DNA of 64,000 nucleotides from Vulcanimicrobiota bacterium (GTDB lineage Bacteria; Vulcanimicrobiota; Xenobia; Xenobiales; JADMJV01): NCBI GenBank assembly GCA_050250895.1, contig JBFWNU010000003.1, positions 32,001 to 96,000 of the forward strand, read 5' to 3'. Shown piece by piece: positions 57,711 to 64,000 of this stretch (position 1 is its first letter; each line of letters starts with the position of its first letter). The notes under the pieces were generated by a model. It saw only the letters and a program-made list of their open reading frames with translations, ran no database searches and was not told where the DNA came from. The position numbers and the translations under genes were made by a program.

Positions 57711-58873
57711 CGACTCAGCTTGACCGAGCCGGCCCACTGGTCGGTGCGCCGGCGCATGGGGTTGGCCTCTTCTTCGGGTAGGAAGGTCACCCGGGCGGCG
57801 GTTCTAAAGGAGCGCTCGATCTGGTCGGGGGTGGCCGACTTGCTTTCGAGCAAGAGCGATAGCTCGCTGGCCAGGGTCGTCTTTTGCAGGGCCGGGGCGT
57901 CGGTGCTGAAGGTGTATTCGACCCCGAACTGGTCGAAGAGGTCGAGCAGTTTGCCGTATTCTTCCACCGAGGCCACCGCGCCCGTCAGCAGGTTCGAGAC
58001 CACGCACAGTTCGGCCGCGATGCCGCGTTCGGCCATCAGTTTGAGGCCCCGGTCGTCGCCATTCTCCCAATAGCTGCGGGCCGCCACCAGGGGATGGCCG
58101 ATGCGGTCGGCCTGGAGATTCTCGACCGTGGCCAGGAAGGTCGCGAGGTCGGTGCTGCGAGTCTCGCCGCAGTGAACGGTGCGGCCCACCAGCGGTCCGG
58201 CCAGGCGGTAACACTCGGCCATTTCGCGCATGCGGGCCGGGTCTTTGAGCGGGTTGGCCGATTCGGGACCAGCCAGGTCCAGGCCGACCACGGGCAGGCC
58301 TTCGCTCGACCATAGGGCCACTTTCTCGGCTAGAATGCGGTTCTGTTCATAAGGCAGGTCGCGTCCAAGGCAGACGATGAGACCGGCCCTCAACTGGCCT
58401 TTGTAGGCGGTGCGCACTTCGGTGACCGCCGAGCAGGCAGCCATCATCACGCGGTCGAGGTCCCAGATGCCTCCGCCGTTGCGTTTCATCGGGTTAAAGC
58501 GCAGCTCGAGGGCGCGAATGGGCAGCTGATAGCGAACCGGGGTCACGGCCACTCCCTCGCCGTCGACCCGCTCGGCCCCCTGGGTGCGGGCCGCTCCGTT
58601 GAGGGCGATGAGCACGCTTTCGCGCAGGGCCTGCGGGCCCGATTGGATGCGCTCGGCCACCTCATAAACCTCGAGGTATTGCTCGAGCGAGCCCGAGTTG
58701 TCCTGGCGGCGATGCAGCAAGTTGGCGAATTCGTTGTAGGTGGCCACCGGCAGGCGGATGCCGCGGTCGACGGCCGCTTCGAAGAGGCGGTGGATGGGCA
58801 CCGCCCCGCCCAGATGGACATGCAGTTCGACCACCCCTTCAGGCGGGGCTTCAACCAGGAATGGCGGAGTCAT
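57707..58873 (-). CDS. Adenosine deaminase family amidohydrolase
   Basis: ELHVHLGG, GLDLAGPE, TVHCGE, RIGH, ELC..SN and STDAP motifs. Confidence 0.88.
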   Translation of the reverse strand: MTPPFLVEAPPEGVVELHVHLGGAVPIHRLFEAAVDRGIRLPVATYNEFANLLHRRQDNSGSLEQYLEVYEVAERIQSGPQALRESVLIALNGAARTQGAERVDGEGVAVTPVRYQLPIRALELRFNPMKRNGGGIWDLDRVMMAACSAVTEVRTAYKGQLRAGLIVCLGRDLPYEQNRILAEKVALWSSEGLPVVGLDLAGPESANPLKDPARMREMAECYRLAGPLVGRTVHCGETRSTDLATFLATVENLQADRIGHPLVAARSYWENGDDRGLKLMAERGIAAELCVVSNLLTGAVASVEEYGKLLDLFDQFGVEYTFSTDAPALQKTTLASELSLLLESKSATPDQIERSFRTAARVTFLPEEEANPMRRRTDQWAGSVKLSR

Positions 58874-58931
58874 GCTGGCGTCGTTCGCTTCGAGCCGAAG
58901 GGAACCTCCCCCTGAAAACGAAGACAAGGGC

Positions 58932-59639
58932 GTGTCTCCACCGCCCCCCATAGGCTGGAGCAGCCCGTCTGATCTCGAGTTGCGCTACACCGGTCAGCTC
59001 AAAGCCGACCTCGACCGTCTGCCCCGCCTGGCCACTTTGATCAAGCAAGAACGAGCCCGCCGCGAAGATCTGGTGCTGCTCGATACCGGAGACTTCTCGG
59101 CTGGTCACGCCATCAGCGACCAGCATGCGGGCAAGCCCGTGGCCGAAGTGATGAACCACCTCGACTACGACGCGGCCGTGCTGGGTCGAGGCGATTGCCA
59201 ATGGGGGGTGGCCGGCTTGCGGCAGTTGGAGCGCACCGCGGGCTTTCCGTTTCTGGCTGCCAATTGGCAGGGGTTTCAGGGGTTTGTGGATCTGAACCGC
59301 TCGGGGGTGAGCCTGCGGGTGGTCGGCCTGGCCTGGCCCGAGCCGCCCCAGGGGGTCGAGGCCATCGAGCCGAAGCTGGCCCTGGCCCGCGCCCTGGAAG
59401 GGTCGAGCGACGATCAGGTGGTGGTGGTATTGTCTCAACTTGGATATCAGCAAGACCGCCAGCTGGCCCTGGGCCACGAGCTGCATGTCTTGTTGGAAGG
59501 GGTTCCCTACGACGGCTTCAGCCAGGTGACCACGGTCAGCGAGACGCTGTTGGTGCCGGCCTGCTCGGGAGCCGGGCACCTGGGCTCTCTGCGGTTGGAG
59601 CTGGCCGGGGGCGTGGGCGACGAGGAGCGAAACGGATGA
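58932..59639 (+). CDS. 5'-nucleotidase-like metallophosphoesterase domain, degenerate
   Basis: LLDTGDF, MNHLDYDAAVLG, FPFLAAN and VVLSQLG..DR.LA motifs; GTG start 9 nt after CGAA. Confidence 0.72.
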   Translation: MSPPPPIGWSSPSDLELRYTGQLKADLDRLPRLATLIKQERARREDLVLLDTGDFSAGHAISDQHAGKPVAEVMNHLDYDAAVLGRGDCQWGVAGLRQLERTAGFPFLAANWQGFQGFVDLNRSGVSLRVVGLAWPEPPQGVEAIEPKLALARALEGSSDDQVVVVLSQLGYQQDRQLALGHELHVLLEGVPYDGFSQVTTVSETLLVPACSGAGHLGSLRLELAGGVGDEERNG

Positions 59640-59896
59640 GCGATTGGAAAGAACGCAAGGTGCGCCTGACTCATTATGAGGTCGACCCGGTCAACGGTCC
59701 GGGTCAGATGGTGACCCGACCTTACAACTTGTCAGGCAACCCTTTCGCCGTCTTCTGCTCGAGTAGCGAGTGCGAACACTATTTCGACCGACCCGCCGCC
59801 CTGCCCCATTGGAGCGAGGACTGTCAGGAGTATCTTGGAGTGCTGCGCTGTCCGGCCTGCGGTGAGCCGGTCGTCAAGCCGGCGCCGCCCCGGTGA
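59636..59896 (+). CDS. Small putative zinc-ribbon protein
   Basis: MSDWKERK... with CSSSEC and CPACG; GAGGAG SD; ATGA/GTGA overlaps on both sides. Confidence 0.65.
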   Translation: MSDWKERKVRLTHYEVDPVNGPGQMVTRPYNLSGNPFAVFCSSSECEHYFDRPAALPHWSEDCQEYLGVLRCPACGEPVVKPAPPR

Positions 59897-60705
59897 GAGT
59901 GTTGGTGACCGGCGCCGCCGGCAAGTTGGGGGCTTATGTGGTCGAGGCCCTGGCCGGCCATGAAGTGGTCACCTGGGAAACCCGCCAGCAGGTGGACCTG
60001 AGCGACCCCGAGTCAATTGCCCGCGGCCTCGAGCAGGCTCGAGCCGAGGTCATCATTCACACCGCCGCCATGTCGGCCATCGCCGAATGCCACCAGCAAC
60101 CCGAACTGGCTCGGCGCATCAACTGCCAGGCAGTGGGACAGCTCGCGGGCTCGGGAGCCCGGTTGATCCATGTCTCCACCGACCTGGTCTTTGGTGGCGA
60201 TCGGGCCCCCTACTGTGAAGATGACCCTCCCCAGCCTTTGTCGGTTTATGGTCGCACCAAGGCCGAGGCCGAGCCGCTGGTGGTCCATGCCGGCGGTACG
60301 GTGGTGCGGGTGGCCCTGTTGTTCGGGCCGAGCCCGCGGGGAGGTTTCTTCGACAGCCAGCTAGTCAACCTGCGGTCCGGCAAAGCGATGAGTCTGTTCG
60401 TCGACGAATGGCGTACACCGCTCTATCTGGGCTCGGCCGCCGAGGCCCTGGCCCTGTTGGTGGACCACCCCCACCCCGGCATCTTGCACGTGGGTGGCTC
60501 GCTGCGGATGAGCCGCTATGAGATGGGCCGGGCCCTGGCCGAGGCCATCGGGGCCGACCCTGACCTGATTCGGCCCAACCGGTGTGATGAAGTCGACTTT
60601 CCCGAGCCTCGGCCCACGGATGTATCGTTGGCCAGCGACCGCTTCAGGACGCTCTTTCCCGGGTGGAACGACCTGGACGTGGCCCAGGCCCTGGCCGGCA
60701 GATAG
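59893..60705 (+). CDS. dTDP-4-dehydrorhamnose reductase family (RmlD-like) SDR
   Basis: TGAAGKLG, STDLVF and YGRTK motifs. Confidence 0.88.
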   Translation: MRVLVTGAAGKLGAYVVEALAGHEVVTWETRQQVDLSDPESIARGLEQARAEVIIHTAAMSAIAECHQQPELARRINCQAVGQLAGSGARLIHVSTDLVFGGDRAPYCEDDPPQPLSVYGRTKAEAEPLVVHAGGTVVRVALLFGPSPRGGFFDSQLVNLRSGKAMSLFVDEWRTPLYLGSAAEALALLVDHPHPGILHVGGSLRMSRYEMGRALAEAIGADPDLIRPNRCDEVDFPEPRPTDVSLASDRFRTLFPGWNDLDVAQALAGR

Positions 60706-60771
60706 CAGGAATCGCCCGGGGCCACGCCGCAGACGGTTGTTTCTTTGATCGAATCCTGAGGAAGTCCATAG

Positions 60772-61887
60772 ATGCCCTATCGATATAGCACAGGCGACGA
60801 GCGCCTGGATGAGGATCTGGCCGCCATCGTCGAGCGCTTCGGTCCCAGCCTCAATGCAGACCTCATCCACCAGATGATGGTGACTTGCTGCAAGCTGGTC
60901 AAGGACGGAACCGAACGCGGGGACGTCAAGATTCTCAACACCACCCTCAAGGAGATGCGCTACGCCTTCAAGGTCTTCTCGCCTTATCGCCGCTTGCGCA
61001 AGGTGTCGCTGTTCGGCTCCGCCCGGTGCGGCTCGGACACCGATGATTACAAGCAGGCGGTGGCTTTCGCCGAAGAGATCGCCAGGCGCGGCTTCATGAT
61101 CATCACCGGGGCGGGGCACGGAATCATGGAGGCGGGCAATCGCGGGGCCGGTCGCGACATGTCCTTCGGTGTCAACATTCGTCTGCCGTTCGAGCAGGTC
61201 GCTAACGACTATATCGCCCACGACAAGAAACTGGTCAACTTCAAGTATTTCTTCACCCGCAAGCTGGCCTTTCTTAAAGAGACCCACGGCATCGTCTGCA
61301 GCCCGGGCGGCTTCGGCACCCATGACGAGGGACTCGAGGTGATGACCCTGGTCCAGACCGGCAAGTCGCACATGCTGCCCATCGTGTTCATGCATCCCGA
61401 AGGCGGCACGTTCTGGACTGACTGGCACAACTACGTCACCGATCGCTTGCTCACTCGCGGCATGATCTCTCCCGAGGACCTCAGTCTCTATAAGATCACC
61501 GACAACTATCTCGACGCCTGTGACGAGGTGACGCGCTTCTACCGCCGCTACCACTCGATGCGTTACGTGCGCGATTTTCTGATCATTCGCCTTGAGGCCC
61601 CCCTCAATAGCGATGAGGTAGAACAACTCAACGACGAGTTTTCGGACTTGCTAAAGTCGGGTCGCATCGAGACCTGCGAGGCCCTCAAGGAAGAGACCGA
61701 CGCCGATATTCGCCATCTGCCGCGTCTCAAGATGCATTTTCGGCGCCGGTCTTTTGGCCGATTGCGCCAGATGGTCGACCGCATCAACAGCTTTCCGTTG
61801 CCGTATGAGTGCGTGGTCGAGGTTCCCGAGGCCGGCGAAGGCGGCCAGATTCCCGACGAGATCGATGACGGAGAGATCTCTGGTTAG
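60772..61887 (+). CDS. LOG family protein (Rossmann-fold nucleotide hydrolase)
   Basis: FGSAR, TGAG.GIMEA.N, FFTRK and PGGFGT.DE motifs. Confidence 0.9.
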   Translation: MPYRYSTGDERLDEDLAAIVERFGPSLNADLIHQMMVTCCKLVKDGTERGDVKILNTTLKEMRYAFKVFSPYRRLRKVSLFGSARCGSDTDDYKQAVAFAEEIARRGFMIITGAGHGIMEAGNRGAGRDMSFGVNIRLPFEQVANDYIAHDKKLVNFKYFFTRKLAFLKETHGIVCSPGGFGTHDEGLEVMTLVQTGKSHMLPIVFMHPEGGTFWTDWHNYVTDRLLTRGMISPEDLSLYKITDNYLDACDEVTRFYRRYHSMRYVRDFLIIRLEAPLNSDEVEQLNDEFSDLLKSGRIETCEALKEETDADIRHLPRLKMHFRRRSFGRLRQMVDRINSFPLPYECVVEVPEAGEGGQIPDEIDDGEISG

Positions 61888-62498
61888 TGTCGGACCTGCT
61901 CCAGAAACTGGCTCCCAAGCTGCGTCACGATCTGCGCGGTCCGCTGCTCAACATCAAGATGGGCTTGCAGTTGCTCGAGGGCGACGGCGAGAACGCCGAG
62001 CTGATAAGTTCCTTGTTGGGTGAAGTCGAGCGGGCCCAACAACTGGTGGGCAAGCTGGTCGACCTGGCCGCCGCCGAGGCTCCCAAGAAGGTCGGCATGC
62101 GGCTGGCTCCGGTAGTTCACCAGTTCGCCAGCGAGAGCAAGGTCGAGTTGGGTCAGGTCGATGACCTGACCATCTCGGGCGATCCCGATCTGGTGCTCAA
62201 GACCCTGGGCTATCTCGGTGAGAATGCCCTTCAGGCCGGCGCCGACAAAGTCATGGTCGAGCTGGTTGACGAGGGCGCCGCGGCTCGCTTGACCATTGAA
62301 GATTCGGGTCCTGGACTCGAAGAAGACTTGTGGTCCAAAGTGCTTGAGCCCGGCTTTTCTACCCGCGCCCGCAACGGGCTGGGATTGGCCATCACCCGCA
62401 CCGTCTGCGAGTCGCACGGAGGTTCGATCGAGCTGGGGCGCTCCCAACGCCTGGGTGGGTTGGCCGTGACCGCGCGCTTCGCCAAGGAGACGACGTGA
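61887..62498 (+). CDS. Minimal histidine kinase (HisKA plus HATPase, no sensor domain)
   Basis: RHDLRGPL, ENA, DSGPG and GLGL motifs. Confidence 0.85.
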   Translation: MSDLLQKLAPKLRHDLRGPLLNIKMGLQLLEGDGENAELISSLLGEVERAQQLVGKLVDLAAAEAPKKVGMRLAPVVHQFASESKVELGQVDDLTISGDPDLVLKTLGYLGENALQAGADKVMVELVDEGAAARLTIEDSGPGLEEDLWSKVLEPGFSTRARNGLGLAITRTVCESHGGSIELGRSQRLGGLAVTARFAKETT

Positions 62499-62971
62499 TC
62501 AGCCCTGACACCTTTCGCGCTTGCATGGGACGGTTCGCCACCGGGGTCACGGTGGTGACGACCCGGGCCGGCGATCAGATCCACGGGATGACCGTCAACT
62601 CCTTCACTTCGGTCTCGCTGCACCCGCCCCTGGTGTTGTTTTGTCCCAACAAATTGACCCGCACCCTGGAGTTGATCCGCGAAGGCGGAGTCTTCGCCAT
62701 CAACGTGCTGGCCGAAAACCAGAAAGACCTGTGTCTGCGCTTTGCGGGCATGACCGAACTCGAAGACCGCTTCGTCGGCCTGACCCACCAGCCGGGCCCG
62801 GCCAGCGGATGCCCACTTTTCGACCAGGCTCTGGCCCACCTCGAGTGTCGCAAGGTCGATGAGCGCGAGGCGGGTGACCATGTCATCGTGGTGGGCGAAG
62901 TCATCGGCCTTGACTACCACGACGGCCGACCGCTGCTGTTCTTCTCGAGCGGTTACCCCAGCCTGCGTTAA
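62495..62971 (+). CDS. Flavin reductase family protein
   Basis: FATGVTVVT, SFTSVSL.PP and GDH motifs. Confidence 0.92.
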   Translation: MISPDTFRACMGRFATGVTVVTTRAGDQIHGMTVNSFTSVSLHPPLVLFCPNKLTRTLELIREGGVFAINVLAENQKDLCLRFAGMTELEDRFVGLTHQPGPASGCPLFDQALAHLECRKVDEREAGDHVIVVGEVIGLDYHDGRPLLFFSSGYPSLR

Positions 62972-63000
62972 ACGGTTTCGTGACGCTCCAGCTTTAAGCT
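62969..63000 (+). promoter_or_regulatory. Class I promoter
   Basis: TAAAC(62969)-N6-GTGAC(62980)-N10-TAAGCT(62995)-N6-ATG(63007). Confidence 0.6.
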
Positions 63001-63006
63001 CAGCCT

Positions 63007-63936
63007 ATGCTAGTGCGCATGGCCAGATTTGCTTTGCCCCCGCTGGCGCGGCCGCGAGCGGCCGCGGTGGCCGAGGGACCGGTCGACCTGGTCGAGTTGA
63101 GCGGAGGGGCGGCCCCGGTGGACGCTCCCACGATCGGCGGCGTGGCCCTGCCCCGGTGGGCCCAAAAACCGCTGGCTTTTGGTTGGGACTGCCCGGCCGA
63201 CGAGTTCTCTCGCCGCTGCCGCGAGGCCGTGGCCGGCCTGACGAGCGGCCAGCCCTTAGAGCGGCTCAAACTGGGCGAGAACTTTACCAATTCGGTCTAT
63301 CTGGTGCACCTCGACAACGGCTTGGCGGCTATCTGGAAGCCCGAATCGGGAGAATACGCCCGCCCGTTGCGGGTGAACATTTCCCCTCAGCAAGAGGCTC
63401 GTCGTGAAGTCATGGGCTACCTCCTCGATGCCGCCCTGGGACATCTGGCCCGCGTGCCTCCGCTGGTGCGCCGCCAGCTCGACGGAAGCTGGGGAACCTT
63501 GCAGCTGTTCGTGCCGGGGACGGGACCGGGCCAGCCTTTCGAGGGCACTCCTCGTTATGGGGATGTGGCCGTCTATGACCATGTGGTGGGCAATCTCGAC
63601 CGCCATGATCACAACTGGCTCCAGGACGAGGCGGGTAACATCATTCCCATCGATCACGGCCTGATCTTGCCCGAGAGCAACAGCGCCCAGGGCGCCCACA
63701 ATTTTCTGCTGTCGGAGCCGATCGAACTCGAACCCCGCCATCGCCAGGCCCTCGAAAGACTCCAGCAAAGCTGGCCCCAATTGCAGGCAAGCGCCAGCCA
63801 ATTGGGGCTGCCTCAAGAAACGCTGATGGCTATGCGAGACCGGGTCAAGCTGATGCGGCTCACGGGCCGGACCTCGAACGGCTGGCGGGGCGGGGATGAC
63901 TTTCCCACCTGTTACCAGGCGGGGCTAGCCTTCTAG
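63007..63936 (+). CDS. PI3/4-kinase-like (HipA/CtkA-like) kinase
   Basis: AIWKP, REV..Y, G.LQLFV, NLDRH..N and IDHGL motifs. Confidence 0.82.
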   Translation: MLVRMARFALPPLARPRAAAVAEGPVDLVELSGGAAPVDAPTIGGVALPRWAQKPLAFGWDCPADEFSRRCREAVAGLTSGQPLERLKLGENFTNSVYLVHLDNGLAAIWKPESGEYARPLRVNISPQQEARREVMGYLLDAALGHLARVPPLVRRQLDGSWGTLQLFVPGTGPGQPFEGTPRYGDVAVYDHVVGNLDRHDHNWLQDEAGNIIPIDHGLILPESNSAQGAHNFLLSEPIELEPRHRQALERLQQSWPQLQASASQLGLPQETLMAMRDRVKLMRLTGRTSNGWRGGDDFPTCYQAGLAF

Positions 63937-63937
63937 C

Positions 63938-64000
63938 TTACCAGATTTCGGGTTCGGTGAAGCCGCTGTAGACCCCGACCGCGCCGCCCAGGGCGGCCAG
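63938..64000 (-). CDS. C-terminal end of a hypothetical G/A-rich protein (begins beyond the window)
   Basis: Minus strand reads ...LAALGGAVGVYSGFTEPEIW*. Confidence 0.45.
   Translation of the reverse strand: MAALGGAVGVYSGFTEPEIW

Noticed and set aside
58871-58874. Divergent genes sharing one CATG as overlapping start codons
   Set aside because: The plus-strand gene more likely starts at GTG 58932, which has the CGAA-N9 motif and leaves room for both promoters.
59195-59635. Long N-terminal extension of the zinc-ribbon ORF
   Set aside because: It overlaps the nucleotidase-like gene; the SD and ATGA coupling support a start at 59636.
60361-61626. 421-aa minus-strand ORF
   Set aside because: Antisense shadow of the LOG and RmlD-like genes.
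1-64000. tRNA, rRNA, integrase, intact transposase, prophage or known defence operon
   Set aside because: I recognised no such sequences or motifs by eye; tRNAscan, Infernal and HMM searches were not run.

Overview
A GC-rich bacterial chromosome segment with about 65 tightly packed CDSs. I found no rRNA, tRNA, CRISPR array or intact mobile element. The lineage cannot be established from this window; the gene style suggests Ca. Eremiobacterota/Vulcanimicrobiota, which is only a guess. Housekeeping and metabolic genes include a PPi-type PFK, mdh, argF, grxC, rpsU-carD, a CtpA-like protease, a CBS/DHH tRNA nucleotidyltransferase, an RND pump, a lactate permease, a polar amino-acid ABC transporter, three histidine kinases and pilin-like/PilC genes. 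These are interspersed with lineage-specific orphans. The main signals read from the DNA are: (1) a recurring promoter design, KTNAS-like half-sites 11 bp apart ending 10 or 21 nt before a -10 box, found in front of 8 orphan or effector-like genes, most of which start with a low-complexity M-x-I/V leader (a candidate OmpR/PhoB-type regulon of non-Sec exported proteins); (2) a second promoter class, RGG-N16/17-CGAA-N9-11-start, in front of at least 10 genes without an obvious SD; (3) three intergenic clusters of a REP-like repeat family built from GGAGC-tagged C-GNA-G triloop hairpins; (4) several apparent pseudoenzymes (YggS-like, intradiol-dioxygenase-like, 5'-nucleotidase-like, UDG-like); (5) an ECF sigma paired with a 917-aa polytopic partner, an ablB-like gene without ablA, a long hairpin leader on rpsU, and a truncated Rpn gene. 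All functional calls come from motifs recognised by eye; no database searches were run.
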